Origin: Cyanophora paradoxa CCMP329
Taxonomy: Eukaryota; Plantae; Glaucophyta
Length of the DNA stretch: 64,000 nt
Assembly: GCA_004431415.1 (NCBI GenBank)
Contig: QPMI01000190.1
Location: forward strand, 137,654 to 201,653
Direction: 5' to 3'
The notes under the pieces were generated by a model. The model saw only the letters and a list, made by a program, of their open reading frames with translations, ran no database searches and was not told the origin of the DNA. The first letter of the stretch is position 1. Every line of letters begins with the position of its first letter. Position numbers and translations under genes: made by a program. Shown in pieces: positions 1 to 11,710 of the stretch.

Positions 1-3000
1 ACCTGAAGGAGGAGCTGTCCATGGAGGAGGAGAGCCTAGCGGCCGCTGCAACAGGAATCGATGCGTCTGCGCAGTGGACAGCGCAGGAGACCGCGTCCGG
101 TCCGCAGCAGCCGCCCGCAGCTCCACCGCCGCTGCCCCCTATCCAGCTCCACGAGGCAGCGCCGGACGCGGCCGGGGCGGGCCGACGGGGGAGCGGCGGG
201 ACGCTCCAAGTACCAGTGGCAGGCGAGACCCCGGTCCATGCAGCCGGCCGCACGCGCCCCGAGCTGAGACGGGCGGCGCAGGGGATGGGTCGCACTCGCC
301 GCGGGGCGGGAGGTTCGAGGCGGCGGCGGTGATGCCGGCGGAGGAGGAGCCGCTCGCCTCGAAGAAGAGCCTGCGCAGCTTCAAGGTCTCCCGCCCCGCC
401 CCGCCCCGCCCCGCCCCGCAGCCGGCGGCTCCCTGAGACGCGGCCTCTCCCAGCTCGACCTTGCGGCGATCCCGGACGACGCGCCCGGCGAGGAGGCGGC
501 CGACCCCGAAGTGGAATTCGAAGCCGGAGGCGCGGAGAAGGCGGCTCCCCCCGAGGCGGGGGTGGAGGGGGCGGCGCCGGCGATGGCGGAGGCGCGGGAG
601 GCGCGGGACGAGGCGGCGGCTCTCCTCGCCGCTGAGGCGCCCCCGCGGCCCGGAACGGAGGAGCCGGCCCCGCTGCCGCAGCCGCTCGCGCAGCTGGAGA
701 TTTCTATACCGCTGGCGCCGCCGCCGCCGCCGGTCGAGGCCCCGGCCCCGTTGGCGGCGACGGAAGCGGCTTCCAGTTTGGAGGGGAGGGGAGGGGAGAC
801 GGGGGCGGGGGCGGGGGAGGTAGTGGCGGGGTTGCAGAGCGCGGGGTCGCAGGGCTCGCCGACGGGCCCCGGCGACCCGGCGAAGCTCAGCTCCGCCTCC
901 CTGCTCGTCGAGGCGAGCCTCGGGCAGGTTGCCGCCGCCCTGCCCCAGCCGCCCTCCCCGCGCCCCTCGTCCCTCTCCGTCCCGGCCCTCACCCTCACCG
1001 CCCCCGCCTCCCCCGGGCCGCACGGGGAGATGTCGCCGCGGCGGGGCTCGGAGAGCCTCAAGGGCCGGCGCTCCGTGCGCGTCCTCCACCCCTTTGACGG
1101 GGAGGCGGAGGCGGACCTGGGGGACGCCGAGGGGCCCGCCGGCGGCCCCGCCCCGCGGCCCCGCCGCTCCGACCCGCCGCCCCTCGCCGCGGACGTGCCG
1201 CAGGGGGAGGGCAAGGCGTGCGCCGGCACGCAGACGGAGGCGGAGGCGGTCGAGGAGGGGCGGGGCAGCCTGCGCAACCGGCGCCCGAAGTCGGCGGCGC
1301 CGGCGCTGACGCGGGCGCGCTCCGCGCGCTCCTTCCGGGACCTCAACCTGCGCGTCGTCATCGCCCAGGGCGCCGGCGGCCCGGGATCCGCCCGCGGGCT
1401 CGGCCCCGACGAGGGCGGGGGCCCGCCGCGGGGCCCGAGCCGGGCCGGCGGGGCGCTGCTGTCGGCGGCGGAGCCCGACGAGACGTCGACGCCGGCGCAG
1501 CTGCTCGCGCAGCTCGCCCACGTCTTCAACTTCTACTGCGCCTACGGCGACCCCCTCAACACGTCCGCCCGTCCCGCCCGCCGGCCGGCCGGGGCAGGTG
1601 CAGCGCAAGCTGAGCTCGGGGGCGGGGCGGGGGCGCGCAGGGGCCTCCTCTCCTCGACGAACTTCGTCAAGTTCGCGCGCGACTCCTTCCTCGTCGCCCC
1701 CCCGGGCGGCCTGCCCCCGGGCCTCGCCGCCTGCGTCCCCACCCCCGCGCCCCTCACCCCCGTCGACGCCGAGCTCGTGCGCCCGCCGCTGAGCCCGCGC
1801 TCCGCCCCGCGATCCCCCGCCTCGGCCTCGGCCTCACTCTCGCTCCCGCGCAGCTCTTCAAAGCGGTCGCGATGAAGCAGCCGGCGGCCGGCGCCCCCAA
1901 CCGCCTCCCCTACGACGCCTTCGTCGCCGCCGTCGCCGTCCGCACCCTCCGCCCCGCCCTCTGCCCCTTCCCCTCGCCAAGTCTCTCCGCGCTGCAGATG
2001 CTGGCGGAGCGGGTGTACCCCGAGGAGGGGGCGAGCATGCGGACGCCGCGGCGGACGAAGCGGGAGGACTCGCTGGTGCAGGGGATGCTGCTGGGGCAGG
2101 CGCCCCTCAACGCCGGCAGCCCGACGGCGGCGCCCTCGTCGATCCCCGCGGGGGCGTCGGGCCCCGTGCTGGCTGCGGCGGCGGAGCGGGTGCTGCGGCG
2201 GCACGTGATGCCGTACGCGTCGCGGGCGCCCCCGGAGCCCTTCCTCGCCCTCATGGCCGCCCCCGAGCTCGCCGAGTTCGTCGCCGCCATGCAGGCGCGG
2301 CCCCCCCGCCCCCTCCCCGCCCCCCCCCCCGCCCCCCTCACGCTCCTCCCCGCAGGGCACCCTCACCGCCGTCTTCAACGTCTACTCGAAGCGGCGGAGC
2401 GGGGCGGGGGCGGGGGGGGAGAGCGGGCGGGATCAGGGGCAGAGCCTGGCGGTGCCGCGGACGCCGCGGGCGGGGCGGGGGGGCGCGGGGCCGGGGCGGG
2501 GCGGGGCGGCGAACGCCCTCTCCGACGTCGAGTCGACCCTGAACGACGACGACCACGCCTCCACCGTCGCCGTCCGCCCCGGCCCCCGCCCCGCCCGCCC
2601 CCCCCCGCCCCACGCCCTCGCCCACCCGCGGCGGCCGCAGTCGCTGGTGGGGGCGGAGGGCGGGGCGGGGCCCGGGGGCGCGGGCGTGGTCGTCGGGGGC
2701 GCGGCTGGTGCGGACGATGGAGATGGGCGACTTCCTCCAGCTCGCCGCCGACTTCGAGGTCCCCCGCCCCCGCCCGCCCCCAACCCCAGCCCCCGCACGC
2801 CACCCCGCGCCTCGCCGTGGCCCGGATCTAGCGCCAGCCCCTCGAGGAGGCGGGCTGGGTGCTGAGGGGCGCGGGCGGGCAGGTGACGCCGGGGCTGCTC
2901 TCGCTGGCGGACCTCGCGAAGATCTTCCGCGACGCCCTCCTCGCCGACGAGGCCGGCCCCGCCGACGCCCAGGCCCAGGTCCCCCAGCAGGTCCAACGCC

Positions 3001-5129
3001 CCCCCGGCCCCACCCGCCCCCGAGCCCGGCCCCGCGCGGAGCTGCCGCCGCGCCCCCTGACCCCTCCGTGGCTCCTCTGCGGGGCGCAGATGACGCGGCG
3101 GGACTTCATCCGGGGCCTCGGCGCCGTCGCCTTCGGGACGGCGACGCGGGCGCACCAGCGCGCCACCGCCGAGGCGCTCGCGGCGGGGGACGAGCCGCCG
3201 CCGCCCCCCGAGCTCAACCCCGAGACCGGCGTCCGAGTCTACAGGTGCGCGCCACGCCGAGGGGTGGAGGAGGGGGGCGGGGCCCATCGCCTTCGCCCTC
3301 GCCCCTGACCGGCGCGGCCCGCCAGCGAGTTCATCTTCCGGATGGACCGCCTGATGCCGGCCAAGCTGCGCGGCGGCGCCAACAAGAAGAAGATCTCCCT
3401 CGTCACCCCGGTGCGCCCGGAAGGGGCACTCGCGGGTGCCCTCGAAGGCGGTCTGACGGGGGGAGCGAACGAAGGCGCTGGAGGCGTTCCGGGCGGGGCG
3501 GCGGCCCACGCTGGAGAAGGCCGAGGAGATCGTCGTCGTGGACGAGGCGGCGATCGCCGCGGCCGAGCGGGCGCGCCTCGCGAAGGAGGCGGCCGAGGCG
3601 GCGGCGGCGGCGGAGCGGGAGGCGGCGGAGGGGCGGCGGGGGGGCTGGTGGAGCTGAGCGCGGGCGAGCTCGTGCTGATGCACGCTCACCAGCTCCAGTT
3701 CCTCCACGCCTGCTTCGAGCAGCGCCTCGCCGCCGCCGAGCAGGCCTTCCGCCGCCGCCTCGCCGCCGCCCAGAAGCAGGCCGCCGCCGCGCCGCGCTGG
3801 GCCCCGGCGCCGCCCCCGCCCAAGGCCCGTAAGCCGCTCCACGAGGAGGCCGCGGAGCCGTCCCCGCGGCAGCGGCAGGCGCCATCGGCGGCCTCCGCGG
3901 CCGCCGCGGCGCGGGCGGCGCGGCTCGAGCGGGAGAAGGCGGATCGCATCCGGGCCGAGCGCCTGGCCGCCGAGAACCCCAAGCCCAAGCCGCGGGAGGC
4001 GGGGGCGGGGCCGGGGGCGGGGCGGGGGCGCCGACCCCGAAGGAGGCGCTGCGGCCGTACGAGCTGGTGGTGCTCGAGGAGGAGGGCGCTGAGGGCGCCG
4101 GCTCCCTAACCGCCCGCCGCCGCCCCCCGGCCCCCGCCTCCTCCGCCCCGCATCCCGCCCCCGCCGGGGCCCTCCGCCGCTCGCCCGCCCCGGCCGCCGC
4201 CGCACGGCCCGCACCATCCCGCCGGCGATCAGCCGGCGGCGGCGGGGGCGGCGGCGGGGTCCCTGGAGGACTCCCTCCCGCTGGTTCCCACAGGCGGCGG
4301 CGCCTTCTCCCCTTCGCCCTGCCGACGGTCCCCGAGGCGGCGGCGGCTCCCGAGGCGGTCGGGAGGAGGCGGGGGAAGAGGAGGGGGAGGGGGAGGAGGG
4401 CGGGGCGCCTCGGGGGCGGGGCGGGGGCGCTGGGGAGGTGCCGGGCTCGCGGCGCCTCTACGCCGTCGGGGGCGCCCACGGCTTCCGCGACCAGCCCCGC
4501 TCCCCCGCTCCCGCGCTCCCCCGCCACCGCCCCCACGGCCCCCGCCCGCTCCCTCCCCGCACCCCTCCGACGCCGCCCCGCACCGCCCCGCCCGCCCCTT
4601 CCTCCTCCTCCTCGCCCCCGCCGTCCCATCCAATCCTCCGGCGGCGCCCCCGCCGCTTCCCCCGCGGCCGCAGCGGGCGACGCCGGCTGCGGGGGCGGGG
4701 GCGGGGGCGGAGGCGAGGGCGGCGGCGTCGCGCGGCTCGGTGGACGCGAGCGCGGAGCTCCCCGCGCGCCCCGTCGTCGAGGAGTGGGGGCCCCCCGCCG
4801 CCGACCCCGACGACGCGTACCCCGACGACGACTTCGAGGGGGAGGACGGCGGCGAGGGGTACGACGCGGTGCTGGAGGAGGCGGGGCCCGGCGTCGGGTG
4901 GCCCCCGGCCGAGCTGGACGCGGGGGCGGCCTTCTGGGGCCTGCCACCGGACGCCGCGGCGCCGGCCGGGGCCGGGCACGCCGACGGGTCTCTTTGGAGC
5001 GACGAGGGGCCCGAGCCCGCGGCCGCCCCGCGCCGCCTCCCCGCGCCCCCCGCCGTCGCCCGCCCGGGCCCGGGCCCCCGCCCAGTCGTCGGGGGCCGGC
5101 CCAAGCCCTCCCCACGCGCCCTTTCCTAG
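1..5129 (+). CDS. Multi-exon protein with EF-hand/p25-alpha(TPPP)-like repeats and low-complexity Pro/Ala/Glu regions; probably 5'-truncated by the window
   Basis: Spliced segments QLAHVFNFYCAYGDPLNT|GLLSSTNFVKFARDSFLV, LPYDAFVAA, MQ|GTLTAVFNVYSK, RTMEMGDFLQLAADFE|VTPGLLSLADLAKIFRDAL, MTRRDFIRGLGAVAF resemble degenerate EF-hand/p25-alpha repeats. Introns are GT/GC-AG (e.g. 2295-2355). Probable last exon ends at TAG 5127-5129; linkage of all exons into one gene is inferred. Confidence 0.6.
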
Positions 5130-5223
5130 CCCAGGCGCCGTCATCGATATCGCAGCCGCGGGGAAGCTCTAGATTTAGTGTCCAGTGCGAAACCTGTGCG
5201 TAGTGCGTGTAGCTGTTGCAGCG
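4834..5223 (+). repeat. Direct repeat copy 1 (3' end and 3' UTR of first gene)
   Basis: Collinear with 7037-7552, e.g. tcgagggggaggacggcggcgaggggtacgacgcgg, gacgcgggggcggccttctggggcctgcca, atcgatatcgc, ccagtgcga. Confidence 0.9.
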
Positions 5224-5377
5224 GTAGCCTTGGCCTGTACCGTATCCCTGAGAGTTTTTTATGTCTCCAGAATGTCCCTTCATTGAAGAACGCGTTTCTA
5301 AAACCCTTCACTTAGTAAATCAGAGTCCAACCCGGTTAATCTGGGTGGGCCCGGCGCCCGACCCGGCGGGCTCCATT

Positions 5378-6988
5378 CTTAGTCGTCATCCAGTTCGCAG
5401 GCAAAGGCACTCATCGATCAGGAGACGGAGACGGATGGATCGGGAGGGGATTCGAAGGGGGGCTGGAGGGCCTCGAGGCGGGGCAGGGCGGCGAGGGCGC
5501 GGTCCGCGAGCAGCGCCACGTGCGCAGCCGACCGCTTCTGCGACATTCAGATCAAAGGGGGGTACGCATCCGAAGAAAAGGGCCGGTCGGGAGTCAAACC
5601 TGCACCATGATGTTCGAGGCTCCGGGGTGCCGCGCCACCGCCTCGCAGGAGCTCGGCCCCTCGCTCAGCTGCGAGATGTAGGGCGCCGTCGCCTGGGGTA
5701 CGAAGTTGGCGGCGGAGGAGGAAAAGGGGGGAAGGGGGGTACGCGCCCTCAAGTAATCGAGGACGCAGAGGTCGAATTGGGCGGCGAGGGAGGCGGCGCT
5801 GGGGGCCTCCGGCCGCGCCTCCGGCGGCAGCGCAGCCCTGCGGGGTGTGAGGGGCAGGGGGTAGAGGAAGGTAAGAGAGGGGTACCGGAGCTCGGAGGCG
5901 TAGTGCTCGAGGTAGGGTCCCTCGCCGGCCCCCTGCAGCGCCTCCAGCTCGCTCTGCTCTGAGAGTGAGGGCGTGCAGAATTCTTCAAGGGGGTACGCGC
6001 ACGGAGGAGAGGATAAGGTACGCCACGTCGGCTATCGGCGGCCCCATCCTGCGGGCCTCACTTTGGCGGGGGTACAGGCTTCTAGATTCGACAGGACGCG
6101 CACCCCGTCCACTGGAAGTCGACGGCGGCGACGTCGGCGTACCCCTCGCCGAAGAGGATGTTGCCGGCCTTGTAGTCGCCGTGGACGAGGGTGCGCAGGC
6201 CGCCGTCCTCGCCGGCCCAGAGGCGGTCGAGGGCGCGGGCGAGCGAGGGGAGGCGGGCGTGCAGGCGGGGGGCGAGCTCCGCCGCCGCCGCCGACGCGAA
6301 GCCGAACGCCGAAACGATCGCCGCCCAGTACTGCGAGCGAAAGGGGCGAGCTCAGGGAGAGGAGGAGATGGACGCACCGAGGCCGCACCTCGCGCAGCCT
6401 CGCGGCCTGCTCGGGGGGCCGTTTTTCGTGCGTCCACCATCCGCCCTTCTCCCACAGCGCGCTCCGCAGCGATTCGCGCCCCCCCTCCGGGAGCCAGTGG
6501 AACGAGGCGTGCAGCCGCGCGGCGGCCGAGAGGGCGCGCCGCAGGTCCTCTGCGTTCAGCAGGTAGCGGCGGGACCAAGGGATCGACTCCATCGCGTACG
6601 AGTAGCTGGATCCCTCGGCACGCTCCGCCGCGTACACGGTCGGAACGCGCAGCGGACTTCGCGAGGCGCGCGCCAGCGCCGGCGCCGCCTCGAGGAGGAA
6701 CCGCCACTCGTTCTCAAAGGAGCGCAGCGTCTGCGCCCGCGCGTGCGCGGCCTTGCCGGCGAGCGCAGCGACGCCGTCGACGGCGATGGTCTTGAGAACA
6801 AGCACGGGCGCGCGCCGCAGCCCGTCGGCGCGCTGGACGACCGCAGAGGCTCGCTCGACGGTGCTCTGCGTGCCGCTGTGGCCCTCGACCTCGCGACGGC
6901 CGGTAACCTCCAGCAGCCGCTCGTCGGCGGCGATGGCGCCCGCCTCGCGCAGCCCGCGCTCGATCGCTGAAACTGGAAGCTGCGGCAT
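5378..6988 (-). CDS. Ecdysteroid kinase-like / aminoglycoside-choline phosphotransferase family protein (multi-exon)
   Basis: Exon 1 MPQLPVSAIERG...VLKT...RSFENEWRFL...AARLHASF; exon 2 contains RTLVHGDYKAGNILF...VAAVDFQWTG (Brenner motif plus DFQ), followed by GPPIADVAYLILSS and YLEHYASEL. The 3' end is approximate. Confidence 0.8.
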
Positions 6989-7036
6989 GCCCGGCGGGCG
7001 CCGCGGCCGGCGCCTGCGCAGCTGGACAAATACTAC

Positions 7037-7552
7037 TCGAGGGGGAGGACGGCGGCGAGGGGTACGACGCGGAGGCCGGGCCCGGCGTCGGGTGGCCCCC
7101 GCGCCGGCCGATCGCGAGCTCGACGCGGGGGCGGCCTTCTGGGGCCTGCCATCGGACGCCGCGGTGCCGGCGCCGGCCGGGGCCGGGTCTCTTTGGAGCG
7201 ACGATCGCGAGCTCGAGTCCTATAGCGCTAGCTACTAGGCTAGGGCCGGCCCGGCGGGGTCCGGACGCCGTGACGATCCGATCCGAGCGCTACTAGGCTA
7301 GCCCGCGGCCGCCGCCGCCCCGCGCCGCCTCCCTGCGCCCCCCGCCGTCGCCCGCCCGGCGCGAGCCCGGCCGGCCTCCGGCCCGTCGCCAGGCGCCGGC
7401 CGGGGGCCGGCCTAAGCCCTCCGGATCCCCACGCGCCCTCTGCTAGCCCAGGCGCCAGCATCGATATCGCGGCCGCGGAGGAGCTCTAGCCCTCGATCTA
7501 GATCTATTCCCCAGTGCGAGACGTGTGCGTGGAGCGCGTAGCTGGAGCAGCG
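7037..7552 (+). repeat. Direct repeat copy 2: decayed non-coding duplicate of 4834-5223 carrying palindromic insertions
   Basis: Aligns to copy 1 with indels and an early stop; contains inserted cga-tcg-cga and tcc-gga-tcc motifs. Confidence 0.9.
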
Positions 7553-7638
7553 ATCGTGAATCCGATGGTCTCCTCTGCCGCAGTGCGCGTGTACGTGTTC
7601 GCCACACCGCTTGCAATCGAGTGTGAAGAAGGGCGATG

Positions 7639-9896
7639 CTACGACGTCGGGACCGCCGGCTGCAGCTGCAGCCTCTTCGGGATCTGCTCGTGGAGGGCGC
7701 TCAGGACCCGCTCGAGCCGCTCGTTGCCGCCGCCGAGGCCTTGGATGAGGGCCCCGATCTCGCCCCTCAGGCGCTCGAGCGTCGCCACGGCGTGCGTGAA
7801 GGCCCCCGACTGCTCCATGAGCTCCACCGCGAACCGCTTCAGCTCCGCGTCTTGCGTCCTCTGCTTCAGTATGTCTGCCCGTGGCCGAAGCTCGGCGCCG
7901 CGCGGGAGGATTCGAATTTGAAGGGACTCGGTGCGGGGCGCACTGAGGAGCTTGGAGCGGACGGAGCGGTCACGGGCGCGCTGGCACGTGTAGACGACGA
8001 CGAAGGAGAACTTCCCCTGCGCCCCGAAGCTCACCCCAGTCCGACCTCAAGCGCGCAGCGTTTGCCGGCGCCGCGCCGCCGTCTGCGCCCACCTCGCTCA
8101 GGTCGTCCGCAAACGACTTCGAAGCGGCCATCTGCGGTCGTGAGACGCGTCAAAAGCGGGAAGCAGCAAATTCAATCTCATCTTCAATTCGCAGCGGCAA
8201 AGTTCAAACCTTTTCCGATGAGACATTCAACAGATCTGTCGCCGATCGCGAGTTCAAGCGCATCCCACGTGGACTCCGGATGAGGGAAGCGAACGATAAC
8301 AACAACAGTTACCGTCGAGGATCTGGAAGTAGAGACCGAGGGCGTTGAGGAGCGGCACATAGTCCCGCTTGTCGTCGCTGAACTCCTGCATCACCCTGCC
8401 CCCCGACCGCGAGGGATCACTGTCAGCTGCAGCGACGCTGGGAACGCTTCAGTGAGTCACGCGCCGCACCTGACTGCGAGCCTGAAGAGGCCCCCGGTCT
8501 TGTTCTGAACCTGGCCGGCGGTGCCCAGATCGCTCGCTTTGCGGATAGGAGGAATCACGATCGCTCGGATATTGAGTCGAGCCACTCACCATTTCCTGCA
8601 GAGACGAGCATCACAATCATGCATCAGGCCTGAGAATTTAAGAATAGATGGAGGAGGGGGTGATGGAGGGGGAGGGAGCGGGGGGGGGGGGGGGGGGGGG
8701 GGGAGGGGCAAAGGGAAAGGGTGGGGTGGGGTGGAGGGGGAGGGGAAGGGGGGGGGGGGGGGGGGAAGCGGGGGGCTCACGGGGGGAAGCGGAAAACAAG
8801 GCTCACTTGGTACTGCTCCTCTGTCGGGCACTGAAATGCATCGCGCCAGAAGATATCCATACCCTGGCCTTTGTGCAGGTTCAGCATCTCTTCAATCGCT
8901 GCGGAGGTAGCTGGGAAGCTGCCGAGCTGAACGATTTCTTAACGAGTTTAAATGAGTTGAAAGATCAAGGTTCTTTCGGGGGCGTGCACCTTGCATCGCG
9001 AGGAAAATGACGTAGGTTGCACTGTTGATCGTCATGGGAACGCCGAACACCATGTGGCTTGCAGGCTGCCCGCGGCGAAGCCTGCGATGAGTCTCTCAGA
9101 TGTTTCGGGAGCTTGGGCGGCAGGGGAACGGTTCGGGTGGCGGCGGCGGGTGGCGGGGGTTGGGAGGGGGGAGGCCTATGGCCGAGAACGGGGAGGGGCC
9201 GGGGGTGCAGCTGCTGGCTTAGACCTTGGGCGGGTACGGTTATAGGAGGCGGGCGGAAGAAACGGGTCGGGGGCTGAGGGGGATGGGGTACGGAGGAAGG
9301 GGGGGGAAAGGGGGGGGGGGGGGGGGGCTAGATCTGGGGCGGGTACGGTTCTAGGCGGCAGGCGGCGGGGGAAATGGGTCTGGTGGTGGGTTTAGACGAT
9401 AGGCAGCTGGGTACAGGAGTACCTGGATCCGTCCTCTATATCATCGATCATCTACACGGTGGCCCAGCCCGAGTATGAGTCGGCGCAAGCGCAACGGGCG
9501 GACACTGTCGCGCACCAACGAAGCGTTGTGCAGTTTTTCAACCTGGTATCAAACCGGGATCAGGCGAAGCTTAAGCGCCCATGCGCGCGTAATGGAGGAA
9601 GGCTTACGAGGCTCCTGATGGCGACCAAGACCTTTGCGTCGACGCGAAGCCACTCGTTAAATCTGAGACCGGCACCCGCGCGCGCCTTAAGCTTCCTCAG
9701 GCCACGAACATGTTCGTGGTTTTGGCGCATACGCATCAATCAGCGCGGTCCGCACTTCTTTCCCTATTCGGTACGCGTCAGCGCGCGGTCCAATTCAAAT
9801 GAATGCAATCGCCGCTGACAGCTTGCCTCGGTTTTGTGCGATGTGGAAGTACGGCGCAAGCAGCGCTTCGAATTCTGCTGCCTCGCCGTCTTCCAT
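7639..9896 (-). CDS. GGPS1: Geranylgeranyl diphosphate synthase, GGPS1/BTS1 (type III) family, 14 exons
   Basis: Exons (minus): 9896-9827, 9763-9733, 9662-9608, 9542-9516, 9451-9423, 9081-8990, 8937-8807, 8595-8590, 8510-8470, 8395-8313, 8235-8210, 8131-8093, 8016-7944, 7874-7639; all phases are compatible. Translation: [127 protein letters not shown], with FARM DDIED and SARM DDxxN. Extra 5' exons are possible. Confidence 0.93.
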
Positions 9897-10510
9897 TGAG
9901 TCTGTGACCAAAAACAACGCGTCAGCACCGCAGGTCTGGCATGGACGCATCGCGCGATGCAGAGGCAGCGCTTACAGCCCTCCATTCCCGGCCGAATCCC
10001 GTCAAGCGCGAACCAGTCGCACCTGAAGTAGATCGTCTAGAGTGCCAGCAGCCGCCGATGCTCGGAACTTGTTCGATGGGTGGCGCGCGCCGCTCGGGCC
10101 TGTTTGCCTCAGTACGCTCGTCTGAAGCCGCGCTTTCGACTCTCTACCCCCGAGCTCGTAACACCATCTACCCGTAACGCGTGCCATCGCACTTGCCATC
10201 GCTGTCAGCGCAGCTGCCATTTGTCATCGCAGCTGTCAGGCCCGACGCGCGATTGGATCAGCGAACTCAGCCGTCCCTCGCCGGCGGTCTGCCGCCGTGC
10301 TCGCGTTGCAGATCAGGGAACGCTTCGCCTATCGTGCATTTCAGACACGACCAACGACATCTGGACTAGCCGTAGCAGCTGTTTGGCTAGCAGTGGGCCG
10401 CCGGTCGAATCGTAAGGGCTCAGACAGATAGGCAAGTGACGTCGGAAATCGAAATCGAATACCGAAGCTCGAGATCGAAACCTAGGCCTACTTACCCTAC
10501 GGGCTTAAGA

Positions 10511-11320
10511 TCATAGGATCAAAGGTGCGAGCCGGGTCAGCGCTTCCCCATCCGTCTTCAGCTTGCACCCAGAGCAGCAGGTCCACTCGAATTTGTCCGC
10601 CTGCGGCGCCCGGGGCGTTTTTGCGAGGGGCAGCGCCGGCGTTTCCGCTCTCGCGCACCTTGAAGTAACGACGGAGGAGATCAAGGGTGCTGGAGCGCGT
10701 CGGGGCGCCGCCGCTCGACTGGGGGAGTTCGCCGGGGATGTCCCCCTGCTCCGCGAAGACGGCGGACGTGTACTTGCATCGTTTGCACCTCCTGTCCCGT
10801 CGGACGCCGAACGTGTACGCTGCTTGGACCTGCCCGGGCGGTGCGCGGGCGTGAGGGCCGGGGGCGCCGGGGAGGCGATGGGCTTTTACCGCTTTGGGTA
10901 GCTCCTGGCACATTTTCACGAAGAACAGGTAGGCGTCCTGCTGAGTTGCGCCCCAGAACGGCGATTTCCGCGGGCTTCTGGGCGGGGGGCCGGATGCGGC
11001 ATCGGCGGCCGCCACCGCTCGCTTGAGCTCCTGGCAGGAGTGCACGCCGTCCTTCCTGTTGGGACGCCCCTCGCACACCTGCGCCTCGTTAGCGAGCGTT
11101 CGAGCTCCCCAGGGGCGCCGCGCCCCCCGCGCGCCTGCAAGACGAGCTCCCGCAGCTGTCCCGCGACGCCGCCTTGCCAGTTCTCGGCGCCGAGGGCGGC
11201 GACGATGGTCTGCATGGCGGCGATGCAGTGAACCACGACGATGGCGTAGCACGCGTTGCCCTCGTTCATGAACCCGAGGCGGGGCCCCAGGACGGCGGCA
11301 CCCCAGACGGCGGGGCCGAT
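10511..11320 (-). pseudogene. Truncated ubiquitin-specific protease (peptidase C19) fragment
   Basis: Cys box LGFMNEGNACY, QQDAYLFF motif, zinc-finger pairs RCKRC and TCCSGC. The spliced frame stops at TGA (plus-strand tca 10511-10513) before any His box; the 5' end is not identified. Confidence 0.6.
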
Positions 11321-11710
11321 CTGGCGCCGGGGGCGGGAGGGGCGCACGTCAGTCGGGCAAAGGCGAAGGCAAAAGGCGACCGCGGTCGATCGAGCGGGCA
11401 GATGCGAAAGCAGCCGGGATGGCGTCGGGCCAGATCGCGCGAGAGCGGGGCGGGGCGAGCGCTAGCATACGTGCGCTAGCGGGGCTCGTGCTCGTTTGTA
11501 TCGCAGCACGCGCGCTTTCGTGCGGCGCACCGTGTTCATTCCTGGTCGTTCGCGGGAGGCTGGCCGTGCGGGGCGTGAGCGGGGTTGAAAGGCGCAGTGC
11601 GCGGGGAGGCTCACTGTAGCGCTGTTTTCCGGCGTGGTCGGCGTAGCCGGCTCGCGCAGGGCCCTGCAGCTGTCCGTTCTACGGGCGTGAAGGGGTACCG
11701 CAACTGTGAG

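Noticed and set aside
8670-9330. Long poly-G tracts as a functional G-quadruplex element
   Set aside because: They lie in GGPS1 introns and match the general C-rich intron style on the sense strand; homopolymer lengths are also unreliable.
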